From a candidate division WOR-3 bacterium (GTDB lineage: Bacteria; Hydrothermota; UBA3073; NMUJ01): a stretch of DNA of 64,000 bases. This document shows, in pieces, positions 54,101 through 62,975 of the stretch (position 1 is the stretch's first letter; every line of letters begins with the position of its first letter). The position numbers and the translations under genes are program-made. The stretch spans positions 3,722 through 67,721 of the forward strand of contig JAGGUB010000044.1 in assembly GCA_021158725.1 (NCBI GenBank). Direction: 5' to 3'. A model generated the notes under the pieces. It saw nothing but the letters and a program-made list of their open reading frames with translations, did not search any database and was not told where the DNA came from.

Positions 54101-54973
54101 CCAATACGTTATGTAATCAGAGTATGGATTAAGATAGGTGGTGGGAAATTTATCCCATCCATGTGGCCCCATTGCATAGAATATGATCTCAGAGGTCTCG
54201 TCAAACGTTATACCGCTTTTCACGTATATGGGTATCTCTACCAGTGTGTCACTGAATGATAACCTCAACCCAACCGGTGGCGCATATATTTTGATCGTAC
54301 GTGGATCGATAAAATCGGGTTCAATACCTGCATTTATGAGATCCTGATATGTGATCCTATATATACCTTCGTGCGATATCCTTAGCTTGTACCAATTAGC
54401 TGTGGCCTTCTCGGGTATGACCCGTTTACGGGTTATACGCCAGGATCGTGCTGTTTTGTAATTGAGCAACAACGCACGATAGAGGGGTTCCATTTTATCG
54501 ACTTTATAATTACCTGGTTGACCTCCAACGAAGGTCACCTTTACTCTCATCATCCTGTGTATACGCAGGGTTTGGGTTGCGGGATTATACTGTACGAAGT
54601 TTAGCTTGATAAAGGCGATATGTTGATCCCTAAATATACCTTGCTTGGTGAGCTCAACAGGTTCTGATGGATAGTACTGGTTGGATGTTAAAGTATTATA
54701 TGGCTCACCATATATTGGAGGTACGGGTTTGATGTAGTGTTTGAACTGTCGGCTTTCTGTGTCCAATAGTTTCACATCAATTTGTGCACCTGGAGGTATA
54801 CCAAGCACCACATAATCGTATGGCACCATAGGTAGGCCTGGCTCGCTGGGATAATAGTAGGGTGCACATTCGATGTTATCTATTGTAATTTCCGGTCGAT
54901 AGATGAACTCTATCCCCTGGGGACCACTTTTGACCACCTCAATCCGCACAATAAGCAATAATGCTATCAACAT
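51128..54973 (-). CDS. C25-family cysteine peptidase (gingipain/PorU-like) with T9SS-type CTD
   Basis: 1281 aa. N-terminal propeptide-like region (...FVQYNPATQTLRIHRMMRVKVTF). Core DYAIITVSEFIPYANRIAEWRTSHGIK...YVYLFGAG. Catalytic His in WMGHGS and Cys in FYFGACGVGCFD. CTD LRVYPNPVRGDKVTFYFYL...IRIYTITGRVIQVL...GSGIYFYKV. Confidence 0.8.
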   Translation of the reverse strand: MLIALLLIVRIEVVKSGPQGIEFIYRPEITIDNIECAPYYYPSEPGLPMVPYDYVVLGIPPGAQIDVKLLDTESRQFKHYIKPVPPIYGEPYNTLTSNQYYPSEPVELTKQGIFRDQHIAFIKLNFVQYNPATQTLRIHRMMRVKVTFVGGQPGNYKVDKMEPLYRALLLNYKTARSWRITRKRVIPEKATANWYKLRISHEGIYRITYQDLINAGIEPDFIDPRTIKIYAPPVGLRLSFSDTLVEIPIYVKSGITFDETSEIIFYAMGPHGWDKFPTTYLNPYSDYITYWLTWGGADGRRDSMVAPPTGETPPDRFTYTFHWEEDHLCPARGGLRWIWVELVRSPIEVENRWSYTFNLPELADSCGYLKVVFYRYWTDLTGENPSAQIHRVKLLLNDHVVSVDTIKGGSTSTPWVLEVPVTNLKTGENKFTILQWKAPKDTLEDRLYFDYFEVTADCKFQSHNHGIKFETNEATDIHISGLDTYPYVFNITDSYTPVRVVGGTFEGSIYKFHASPGVYMVTANPYSVDAIERSNPYSLYTDEDVDYAIITVSEFIPYANRIAEWRTSHGIKTKVVPIDEIYDNFSFGYPHPDAIRRFIRYAYNNWGLCYVYLFGAGTYGYKEEVDRNRIPPYETGYLIGIFGYPPQGNKCYDDYFACINYDEDDIPDVVITRSTVKNEEEAHWLTEKVINYEHSYGGWRHRVLLIADDEYGQSICEPQHTSQVENSFTPLIPTGYDIYKVYLMNYQGVTQATDPNWTPANRPGNKPGATEDILRYLHKGMFLAMWMGHGSIETIAHERVFVNPDDIYRLENNYRLPIFYFGACGVGCFDRLAKDGLGDYLEKWPHGGAIGVLASTRAASATYNQNVGVRLLRSIFSDSVNRLGDAFLMAKLCPGGSYENYQGFGEPLIRIRLNNVDISTWCLHVPDTLYGGAEALIEGDGLPNGMVYITVLSSTYMHTHKLPDGGTITYTMRGAPPFTGYDNQYFPYPGRVDKEIIFEGIAPVVGGKFSVRFVTPAWPLLQPPMAGDNGKISLIWWDGTGGEATIGITGIVIQDTHVINDTVPPTIKLYVNGKQLRSGMEIPPSFTLYGVIEDSSGINIFDRTGPYAIRMSYDDPRFSDPIYLSDYFTYDLGSQTRGRFRYKVDVPAALSDFTLYFSAADNICNVRVDSFHVTVMWEQPLDITELRVYPNPVRGDKVTFYFYLTKESTVWIRIYTITGRVIQVLGPFDLSAGYNEIEWNTCDFIGDKIGSGIYFYKVVAIREEPGQRLTTSKLDKFLVIR

Positions 54974-55206
54974 CGACCCTTAATTGCTATACATGTGGTG
55001 GTCGATAGTATTCCATCGAGTTTGTGCACCTTACCTGAGATTAAGTTACCAAGCTCTTGAAAATCTTTCACCTCAACAAATGCGATGAGATCGAACGGTC
55101 CAGTCACCACACATGCGGTCTTTATCTCCTTTATTTTCGTTAGCTCTGTTAATACGCGATCCACTTTGTTTGCCTCTATTCGTATGAGCACATAAGCTTT
55201 TATCAT
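54967..55206 (-). CDS. Stand-alone Lrp/AsnC ligand-binding (RAM) domain protein
   Basis: 79 aa. MIKAYVLIRIE...VLTELTKIKEIKTACVVTGPFDLIAFVEVKDFQELGNLI: a RAM fold pattern without an HTH domain. Confidence 0.7.
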   Translation of the reverse strand: MIKAYVLIRIEANKVDRVLTELTKIKEIKTACVVTGPFDLIAFVEVKDFQELGNLISGKVHKLDGILSTTTCIAIKGRC

Positions 55207-55523
55207 TTTGTGCCCTTTGCCTCCAAAATCCCTATGAAATACTCTAACCCTTTACGTTTTTCGAGTGCTGATTGTAACTTATCGTACACCATGGTTGTGG
55301 GGTATATCATCTGTATTATGGGTCTAAGTATTAGCATCACCTGTGACCCTATGAAACTCATAGGCTTGCTCGACTGTGCAAACAGTATTGTAGGTACGGT
55401 GAGCCCACGCTTGACGATCTCGTCAGCAAACTGTTCGAGTACCTTCTTTTCCTCCTCTGTAAGCTCATACTCTTCGGATTCGACTGCAAATGCATGCCTT
55501 AGTGCGTGCCAAAACTTACCCAT
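55203..55523 (-). CDS. Hypothetical small protein
   Basis: 106 aa. Overlapping start/stop with both neighbours supports expression. One central hydrophobic stretch. No family recognised. Confidence 0.5.
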   Translation of the reverse strand: MGKFWHALRHAFAVESEEYELTEEEKKVLEQFADEIVKRGLTVPTILFAQSSKPMSFIGSQVMLILRPIIQMIYPTTMVYDKLQSALEKRKGLEYFIGILEAKGTK

Positions 55524-56949
55524 AATAGTTTACGTTTAGGTCACGTGAAGCTTTACCTTCATTGACCCTCTTAACCGGCATGCTATGGGGTGCATTTTTC
55601 ACGATATCGGGGTGGGTTTGAGCTTCGTTTACAATCTCCCCAATAGCAGTGGCGAATGCGTCAAGTGTGGCCTTGCTTTCGGTTTCGGTTGGCTCTATCA
55701 TGAGTGCTTCCTTAACTATAAGCGGAAAGTATATGGTGGGTGGGTGAAACCCTTTATCAAGCAACCGCTTAGCTAAATCAATGGTCCTCACATCGTATTG
55801 GAGTAGCGGTTTACCGGAGGCAACAAATTCGTGCATGTAGGGGCCAGGATATGGGATTGGCAGTATTTCGCGGATCAGGGTTGCAAGATAGTTTGCATTC
55901 AGTACCGCATGTTCGGCTACCTTTTTGAGCCCAGGTGAGCCCATCATCCTTATGTATATGAAACCCTTGAGGTTAACAAGAAAGTTACCGTAAAATGTAT
56001 GTATCTTGCCAATAGAATGTGGATGTTCCGAATCCCAGTAGTATTTATTGTCTCGCTTCTTGACACGAGGTACTGGAAGGAAGGGCTCTAAGAATTTCTT
56101 CACCCCCAACGCACCACCTCCCGGGCCACCACTACCGTGGGGTGCACCAAACGTCTTGTGTAGGTTAAAATGCACGATATCGAAGCCCATCTCACCGGGT
56201 TTGACCCACCCAACATATGAGTTGAGGTTGGCACCATCGAGATACATGATACCGCCTACTTCGTGTACAATCTGTGCTATTTTAAGTATGTCCTTCTCGA
56301 ATATACCTAAGGTATTGGGTACTGTTAACATGATGACAGCCAGCTTATCAGTAGCGTGACGTTTCAACTCGTTTATATCTACCATACCAGATGGGGTCGA
56401 TTTTATCTCCACGGGGGTGAATCCTGCCATCCTTGCACTCGCGGGGTTGGTACCATGTGCTGAATCGGGTATCAACACTATTGAACGATCTTCGTGTTTG
56501 TGTTTGAAATACGCACGTGCAAGTAATAACCCGACAAGCTCACCATGTGCACCTGCGGCTGGATGTAAAGTGACTGCATCCATACCGCTAATTTCAGCCA
56601 GAAGGTGCTCTAACTCGTACATCACACGTAATGCACCCTGTACAGCGGAGGCGGGTGCAAGCGGATGCAGTGATAGCCATGAGGGGTGGCTCACAAGTCG
56701 TTCAGAAATCGGTGGATTATATTTCATGGTACAGCTACCGAGTGGATAGAAATTTCTATCTATGTGTAGGTTACGGCTGGCAAGTTCATTATAGTGGCGT
56801 GCAACCTCGATTGGCGCAAGTTCAGGCAACTTCAGTTCAGCCTTACGTAATAGGGATTGAGGCAATAGATTAGGTTGTGGTGTCACATCGAGCTTCGGTA
56901 AACTATAACTCCTGTGGCCAGGTTTACTCTTTTCGAATACCAACTTCAT
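55516..56949 (-). CDS. gcvPB: Glycine dehydrogenase (decarboxylating) subunit 2
   Basis: 477 aa. LVFEKSKPGHRSYSLPKLDV, PLGSCTMKYNP, NLHKTF (PLP Lys region), HPPTIYFPLIV. Confidence 0.9.
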   Translation of the reverse strand: MKLVFEKSKPGHRSYSLPKLDVTPQPNLLPQSLLRKAELKLPELAPIEVARHYNELASRNLHIDRNFYPLGSCTMKYNPPISERLVSHPSWLSLHPLAPASAVQGALRVMYELEHLLAEISGMDAVTLHPAAGAHGELVGLLLARAYFKHKHEDRSIVLIPDSAHGTNPASARMAGFTPVEIKSTPSGMVDINELKRHATDKLAVIMLTVPNTLGIFEKDILKIAQIVHEVGGIMYLDGANLNSYVGWVKPGEMGFDIVHFNLHKTFGAPHGSGGPGGGALGVKKFLEPFLPVPRVKKRDNKYYWDSEHPHSIGKIHTFYGNFLVNLKGFIYIRMMGSPGLKKVAEHAVLNANYLATLIREILPIPYPGPYMHEFVASGKPLLQYDVRTIDLAKRLLDKGFHPPTIYFPLIVKEALMIEPTETESKATLDAFATAIGEIVNEAQTHPDIVKNAPHSMPVKRVNEGKASRDLNVNYYG

Positions 56950-58309
56950 CTTCTATCTCAGATAGCTCTTGCTCGACTATCTGCTTTATTCTCTGGAGGT
57001 TGGCCTCATCCTTGGCTTCAAACCTCAACACAAGTATCGGTTGTGTGTTGGATGCACGTACGAGTGCCCATCCATTAGGAAAGTATATTCGTGCACCATC
57101 TATATCCAGTAGCTTATAACCCTTTTCACGAAACCTATCACGTAGCTTGTTGACAATTGTGAATTTATGTTCGTCAGTCGATGGACGCCTTATTTCAGGG
57201 GTTGAACAATAATATGGTATTTCGGATACGAGTTCGGAGAACGGTTTACCTGATTTAGACCATATCTCGACAAGCTTCAGTGATGCAAATATTGCATCAT
57301 CAAACCCATAGTAGTCCTCTTTGATGAACATATGTGCGGACATCTCACCCGCAAGTAATGCATGCTCTTCACGCATCTTGGCCTTAAGTAGTGAATGGCC
57401 AGTCTTCCAAATTATTGGGATGCCACCAAGTTGGCGAATGTATTCCTCCAACCCCTGTGAACATTTGACATCGAATATTATCTTAGCACCAGGATGACGG
57501 GTGAGCAGATCCTTCGCTAATATACCGAGCAGCTGATCGCCGTAAACCATGTCACCTTTCTCAGTGATGATACCAACACGATCTGCATCACCATCATAGC
57601 TGATACCGAGGTCAGCACCTTTGGTGGTCACCATACGTTGTAAATCCTTCACAAACTCAGGTACGGTGGGATCTGGTAGGTGGTTGGGGAAGTTGCCATC
57701 GGGTTCACAATATATGCATTCAACCTTTGCACCAAGTTCGGTGAAAAGCTGTTTAGCGATTGGGCCTGCAGTACCGTTGCCTGGATCGATGATAATGTAG
57801 GGGGAACGTGTGAGCTTAACCTTGGTTTTGAGCACCTCAATATAGCGGGGTACGATATCTTCCTCCTTTAAGTTACCTAACCCACTATCGAAGTCTTCCT
57901 CCTCCATTATACGGCGTATCTGTTGTATCTGTTCACCGTATATGGTTTCATCACGTAGCGTTAACTTGAACCCATTGTATTCGGGTGGGTTATGGCTACC
58001 GGTTATCATCACACCAGCATCAACGTTAAGCTCATACACAGAGAAATAAAGTACAGGAGTGGGTACCACACCTATATCGATCACGTTTACTCCTACGTTG
58101 GTTAACCCATGTATGAGGCTGTTACGTAATCTATTGGAAGATGGGCGGACGTCACGTCCAAGTGATAAGGTTTTAACCCCCCTACGACGTAAGTATGTAC
58201 CTATAGCTTTACCTAAAAGTATAGTTATGGGGTCGGTGAAATCCCTATCCGCTATACCACGTATGTCGTATTGCCGGAAAATGTATGGGTTTATTTCTAC
58301 CCGTGCCAT
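56924..58309 (-). CDS. Phosphomannomutase/phosphoglucomutase (alpha-D-phosphohexomutase family)
   Basis: 461 aa. FRQYDIRG, active-site loop ITGSHNPPEYNGFK, metal loop YDGDADR, sugar loop GEMSAH. Confidence 0.9.
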   Translation of the reverse strand: MARVEINPYIFRQYDIRGIADRDFTDPITILLGKAIGTYLRRRGVKTLSLGRDVRPSSNRLRNSLIHGLTNVGVNVIDIGVVPTPVLYFSVYELNVDAGVMITGSHNPPEYNGFKLTLRDETIYGEQIQQIRRIMEEEDFDSGLGNLKEEDIVPRYIEVLKTKVKLTRSPYIIIDPGNGTAGPIAKQLFTELGAKVECIYCEPDGNFPNHLPDPTVPEFVKDLQRMVTTKGADLGISYDGDADRVGIITEKGDMVYGDQLLGILAKDLLTRHPGAKIIFDVKCSQGLEEYIRQLGGIPIIWKTGHSLLKAKMREEHALLAGEMSAHMFIKEDYYGFDDAIFASLKLVEIWSKSGKPFSELVSEIPYYCSTPEIRRPSTDEHKFTIVNKLRDRFREKGYKLLDIDGARIYFPNGWALVRASNTQPILVLRFEAKDEANLQRIKQIVEQELSEIEDEVGIRKE

Positions 58310-59568
58310 AGTACCTCCAGGTTATGTGCATCCTTTGGGGTTATGGCACCCACTGCACTGATGGAGAATTGGTCAGGTTGCAAGTATTTATCGAGCGTCG
58401 CTAATACATCGTCCATCTTTATAGATTTAAATTTAGCGATGACTTCATCAAGTGGTACGTATTTACCTTCGTAGATCTCGTCACGCATAAGTTTACGCAT
58501 ACGGTGTACAGTGCTTTCGGATGATATTATGAGCCCCCCTGTGACATAGTTTTTTATGCGTTGGAGCTCATCTTCTTGTAGATTATCGTGTAGATGTAGC
58601 ATCTCTTCACGTATGGAGTTGAGCGATTTGACCACATTACGTGGTGTGGTAGCAAAGTATATCTCTAAGCTGCCGGTTTCACAATAGAATTCGAGGTATG
58701 ACGATACCGTATACACGAGGGCTTCGGATTCACGTAACCGCTGAAATAGCCTTGAGCTCATCGTACCACCTAAGATTGCATTACCGAGCACCAATGGGTG
58801 ACGTTCATCACTCGCGTATGGGAAGGTGCGGTTACCTATTGCCACATGTACTTGTGATATATCGCGTTGCTTCTTGGTGAATATACGTGGTTTGTAGGGT
58901 GGAAGCTCAGGTAACTGGATATCGGTACCGGGGGTGAGCTTGTTAAAGTAGCGGTCAACAAGATCTACGAGCTCGTTATGCTCAACAGCACCTGCGGCTG
59001 CAACTATGATCCTATCTGCAGTGTAATACTTGCGTTTGAACTCCACAAGCTGTTTGCCCTTTAAGCGTGATACGACTTTCCATTCACCAAGTATCGGACG
59101 TGAAAGCGGATGTCCGGGGTATAGGAGTTGGTCGAGTCCAAAAAACGTTTGATCGGAGGGTGAATCAAGGAAGCTCTTAATTTCCTCACCCACCACACGT
59201 TTTTCTAACTCAATAGCGGTGGGATTGAAGTGCTCATTGGTAAGTATATCAGCAAGTACATCCCATATCTCATGTAGGTGATGGCTGGGTAACCTCGCAT
59301 AGAAGTACGTAAACTCTTTGGAAGTATAGGCGTTGACTTCACCACCGACACCTTCTATCTCTTGGGCTATCTGTTTGGCTGTACGTTTTTTGGTACCCTT
59401 GAAGAGTATATGTTCGAGGAAGTGCGAGATACCATTTTCGTATGGGGATTCGTGTTTTGTACCTACGAGTATGGCTATACCTAACGATATAGAGCGTACG
59501 TGGTCGAGCCGTTCAGTTATCACCCTTATCCCGTTGCTGAGGATGGTTTTGTTGTATTGTTCTTTCAT
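58297..59568 (-). CDS. M16 (pitrilysin/insulinase) family zinc peptidase
   Basis: 423 aa. Inverted zinc motif HFLEHILFKGT with downstream E. Two M16 halves. Confidence 0.85.
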   Translation of the reverse strand: MKEQYNKTILSNGIRVITERLDHVRSISLGIAILVGTKHESPYENGISHFLEHILFKGTKKRTAKQIAQEIEGVGGEVNAYTSKEFTYFYARLPSHHLHEIWDVLADILTNEHFNPTAIELEKRVVGEEIKSFLDSPSDQTFFGLDQLLYPGHPLSRPILGEWKVVSRLKGKQLVEFKRKYYTADRIIVAAAGAVEHNELVDLVDRYFNKLTPGTDIQLPELPPYKPRIFTKKQRDISQVHVAIGNRTFPYASDERHPLVLGNAILGGTMSSRLFQRLRESEALVYTVSSYLEFYCETGSLEIYFATTPRNVVKSLNSIREEMLHLHDNLQEDELQRIKNYVTGGLIISSESTVHRMRKLMRDEIYEGKYVPLDEVIAKFKSIKMDDVLATLDKYLQPDQFSISAVGAITPKDAHNLEVLWHG

Positions 59569-60314
59569 TTTGCTCTACGTAAAACCCTGTATAGCAGAAG
59601 TTTGTTTACCAGCCAGAAGGCTTCCCAGATGATCTTTTTGGTCATTTTCGAGCTACCCTCTGACCGTTCCGTGAACACTATAGGTATCTCTTTTATTTTA
59701 AATCGCTTGTAATATGCCCAGAACAGTGTCTCGATTTGGAACCCATATCCTGTAGTTTTTATGCAATGCCAAGGTAGTGATTCGAGCACTTTTCTGCGGT
59801 AGCATTTGAACCCACTCGTTAAGTCGACGAATGGCAACCCTGTCATATAGCGTGCGTAGAGGTTGGCAAAATACGATAGAAGTAAGCGCGTTATGGGCCA
59901 GTTTATCACACGTACACCGTTTATGTAGCGGGAACCTAACACAACGTCGGCCTCTTTTATGGTATCAATAAATCGTCGTATATCGTTGGGATCGTGTGAG
60001 AAATCGGCATCCATCTGTATTATGATATCGTAACCGTTTTTAATAGCGTATTCAAACCCTGTTTTGTAGGCGGAACCAAGTCCCAGCTTGCTGGGACGTT
60101 GGATAAGATGCACACGTGGGGTGGTCTTGCTCACCTCTTTCACGTAATCACCGGTACCGTCGGGTGAGTTATCGTCCACTATGAGGATGTGAAGGTTGGG
60201 GTCGATCTTCAGCAGACACTCAAGGAACTTGGCTATATTTTCACGTTCATTATAGGTGGGAGTGACAACCAATGTACGCATTAAGTAAAAGTATGTCGTC
60301 ATGGGGTGTGTCAA
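59565..60314 (-). CDS. Polyprenol-phosphate mannosyltransferase-like GT2 glycosyltransferase
   Basis: LVVTPTYNERENI, ILIVDDNSPDGT, IQMDADFSHDP. The start is ambiguous (TTG 60314, ATG 60302 or ATG 60281), none with a clear SD. Confidence 0.8.
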   Translation of the reverse strand: MTHPMTTYFYLMRTLVVTPTYNERENIAKFLECLLKIDPNLHILIVDDNSPDGTGDYVKEVSKTTPRVHLIQRPSKLGLGSAYKTGFEYAIKNGYDIIIQMDADFSHDPNDIRRFIDTIKEADVVLGSRYINGVRVINWPITRLLLSYFANLYARYMTGLPFVDLTSGFKCYRRKVLESLPWHCIKTTGYGFQIETLFWAYYKRFKIKEIPIVFTERSEGSSKMTKKIIWEAFWLVNKLLLYRVLRRAK

Positions 60315-60390
60315 TTTACAACTGTAGCTTAGACAATGTAGCTAAATGGATGGTGGTTGATTTTCTACTGTCTCAAAATAATGATTAAAT

Positions 60391-60987
60391 ATGGAGCTAA
60401 GTGGCCCAGTTTGGTTGATGCAACCCATCCCTTACTGGGGTGAGAAGTTACAAGGTGATTGGATATATGAACCCAAAATCGATGGCTGGCGCTTACAAGT
60501 GATAAAATATCAAGATGGTAGAGTTGAGTTTTGGGGTAGACGGTTGGAACGTTCACCTAATTGGACTGCTAAGCTATCTTATTTGATACCAGCGTTTAGG
60601 AAGCTACCCAATGGTAGTTTGGTGGATGCTGAACTGTACTCAACCGGTGGTAGGCGGTTTATACCGTCACTATTTGCACGTAAACGTAAGGTTGACCCTA
60701 TAATTTATGTGTTTGATGTGATATTCTGGGAGGGTGAATTCGTTGGTAACCACAAATTACGTGAAAGGAAGGCCTTGCTTGAAACAATAAGCTGGAGCCC
60801 ACCGGTTGAGGTCTTGCGATACGATAGGATACGCAATATACGTGAACATTGGGAAGCAGTTATCAAAAGTGGTGGTGAAGGGCTTGTACTCAAGTATCTT
60901 GAATCCACCTATGAGGTAGGACGTGACGGCCCAATAGCAACCCAGTACTGGAGGAAAGTCAAACGAGGGTTATATATAGAAGGATAG
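60391..60987 (+). CDS. ATP-dependent DNA ligase-like nucleotidyltransferase domain only (no OB domain)
   Basis: 198 aa. Motif I EPKIDGWR, III LVDAELY, IIIa IYVFDVIFWEG, IV EGLVLK, V YWRKVK. The ORF stops 8 codons after motif V, and purD starts 2 nt later. Confidence 0.75.
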   Translation: MELSGPVWLMQPIPYWGEKLQGDWIYEPKIDGWRLQVIKYQDGRVEFWGRRLERSPNWTAKLSYLIPAFRKLPNGSLVDAELYSTGGRRFIPSLFARKRKVDPIIYVFDVIFWEGEFVGNHKLRERKALLETISWSPPVEVLRYDRIRNIREHWEAVIKSGGEGLVLKYLESTYEVGRDGPIATQYWRKVKRGLYIEG

Positions 60988-60988
60988 G

Positions 60989-62251
60989 ATGAAAGTACTT
61001 GTAGTGGGTAGTGGCGGTAGGGAGCACGCACTCGGTTGGAAATTGGCACAAAGTACGTTGGTGGATGAACTGTTCTTTGCACCCGGTAATGCAGGTACTG
61101 AACTTATAGGTGAGAATTTACCCATCAACACAGAAGATGTAGAGGGTATCATCAAGTTTGCTAAGAATGTTGACCTCGTTGTGGTAGGACCTGAGAATCC
61201 ACTCGCTATGGGTATAATAAATGAGCTACCGCCAGGGAAGGGGTTTGGGCCCACACGTGAAGCTACGACTATCGAATCTGATAAGGCGTTTGCTAAAGAG
61301 GTGATGAAAAAGGTTAATGTTCCCACGGCAAGATTCAAGATATTTACAGATTACGAGTTGGCAAAGTCGTATCTTGAAACTATAAGTTACCCGCAGGTAA
61401 TTAAAGCGTCAGGGCTTGCTGCTGGTAAGGGTAGCTTCGTTGTTAAGACCAAAGAGCAAGCGTTTGAGGTATTACATGATTTGATGGTCAACCGTACGTT
61501 AGGTGACGCTGGCAGTAAGGTGGTGATAGAGGAATATCTTGAGGGTGAAGAAGTCTCGTTGTTGGTGTTTGTTGATGGTAAAGATTTGGTACCGTTGATC
61601 CCATCACAAGATCATAAACAGCTATATGATGGCGATAAAGGACCCAATACAGGTGGTATGGGTGCATATGCACCGGTACCATTTCTGGATAAGGATGAGA
61701 TCGAGAATATCCTTGAACACATATTTAACCCAACAATATGGCAGCTGAAACGCGAAGGTGTCATATACAAAGGTGTACTGTATGCGGGGTTGATGTTAAC
61801 CGATGAGGGGCCGAAAGTGCTCGAATTCAATGCAAGATTTGGTGACCCCGAAACACAAGCGATATTACCGTTGCTGGGGTCGGATCTTATGGAACCCATA
61901 CTTGCGACGATAGATGGTGAGCTGGCAAATGTGAGGTTGAAATGGCAACCCGATACAGCAGTCTGTGTGGTACTTGCATCTAAAGGCTATCCTGGTAAGT
62001 ACGAAAAAGGTAAGGAGATAGTGGGGTTGGATGATGTCGAAAATGTAATAGTATTTCATGCAGGTACAAAACGTGAAAATAATCGCATAGTGACAGCTGG
62101 TGGTAGGGTGTTGAACGTTGTTGCAGTAGATAAGGATTTGCCAGCTGCAGTGGATAAAGTTTATGAGGAGCTACCAAAGATACAGTTTGATGGCGTATAT
62201 TATCGTAGCGATATAGGGTGGCATGGGCTTAGGTACTTGGGTAAATGGTGA
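60989..62251 (+). CDS. purD: Phosphoribosylamine-glycine ligase
   Basis: 420 aa. MKVLVVGSGGREHALGWKL, ATP-grasp core, EFNARFGDPETQ. Confidence 0.95.
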   Translation: MKVLVVGSGGREHALGWKLAQSTLVDELFFAPGNAGTELIGENLPINTEDVEGIIKFAKNVDLVVVGPENPLAMGIINELPPGKGFGPTREATTIESDKAFAKEVMKKVNVPTARFKIFTDYELAKSYLETISYPQVIKASGLAAGKGSFVVKTKEQAFEVLHDLMVNRTLGDAGSKVVIEEYLEGEEVSLLVFVDGKDLVPLIPSQDHKQLYDGDKGPNTGGMGAYAPVPFLDKDEIENILEHIFNPTIWQLKREGVIYKGVLYAGLMLTDEGPKVLEFNARFGDPETQAILPLLGSDLMEPILATIDGELANVRLKWQPDTAVCVVLASKGYPGKYEKGKEIVGLDDVENVIVFHAGTKRENNRIVTAGGRVLNVVAVDKDLPAAVDKVYEELPKIQFDGVYYRSDIGWHGLRYLGKW

Positions 62252-62967
62252 TTAAAGTTGGGTGTTGTGGGTTCCCTCTCTCACGTAAGCAGTATTACAA
62301 GATATTTAAGGTGGTAGAAGTGCAACAAACGTTCTATGAGCCACCACTACCGGAGACACTGAAGAGGTGGCGTGATGAGGCACCTGATGGGTTTGAGTTC
62401 ACGATAAAGGCATGGCAGTTGATCACACATACACCGAGTAGCCCCACATATCGTAAGCTAAAACGTACCAGTATCGATACGAGTAAAGCTGAGCTGTACG
62501 GTAATTTCAGGCTTACAGCTGAGGTACTACATGCGTGGAAGCTGACAAGGGAAGCTGCAAACATATTAAAAGCTAAGGTGATAGTGTTTCAGTCACCGGC
62601 AGCGTTCCAACCTACGGATGAGAACAAAGACAACCTGCGTAGGTTTTTCGATAGGATACGTGACCCTAATTTTATATACGTGTGGGAGCCACGTGGTAAG
62701 TGGCAACCTGATGAAATACGTGAGCTATGTGAGGAGTTGGGTGTGGTGGATTGCGTTGATCCGTTCAAACGTCAAAAGACAGTGGGCGAGATTACATATT
62801 ATAGGTTACACGGTAAAGGTGGGTATCGATACCAGTATACCGACGAGGAGCTTACAACCCTAAAGACATGGCTAAAGGAAGGTGTAAACTATGTGATGTT
62901 CAATAACGTCTATATGCGTGAAGATGCACAAAGGTTTATGGTGATGTTGGGGGGAAAGGCAATATGA
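62245..62967 (+). CDS. DUF72 family protein
   Basis: 240 aa. IKVGCCGFP...YYKIFKVVEVQQTFYEPP...FEFTIKAWQLITH is the typical DUF72 N-terminal pattern. Confidence 0.75.
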   Translation: MVIKVGCCGFPLSRKQYYKIFKVVEVQQTFYEPPLPETLKRWRDEAPDGFEFTIKAWQLITHTPSSPTYRKLKRTSIDTSKAELYGNFRLTAEVLHAWKLTREAANILKAKVIVFQSPAAFQPTDENKDNLRRFFDRIRDPNFIYVWEPRGKWQPDEIRELCEELGVVDCVDPFKRQKTVGEITYYRLHGKGGYRYQYTDEELTTLKTWLKEGVNYVMFNNVYMREDAQRFMVMLGGKAI

Positions 62968-62975
62968 AGGACAGT

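Noticed and set aside
60315-60390. Direct repeat TGTAGCTTA / TGTAGCTAA in the divergent region between the GT2 gene and the ligase gene
   Set aside because: There are only two short imperfect copies in an AT-rich 76-bp spacer, which is indistinguishable from chance without comparative data.
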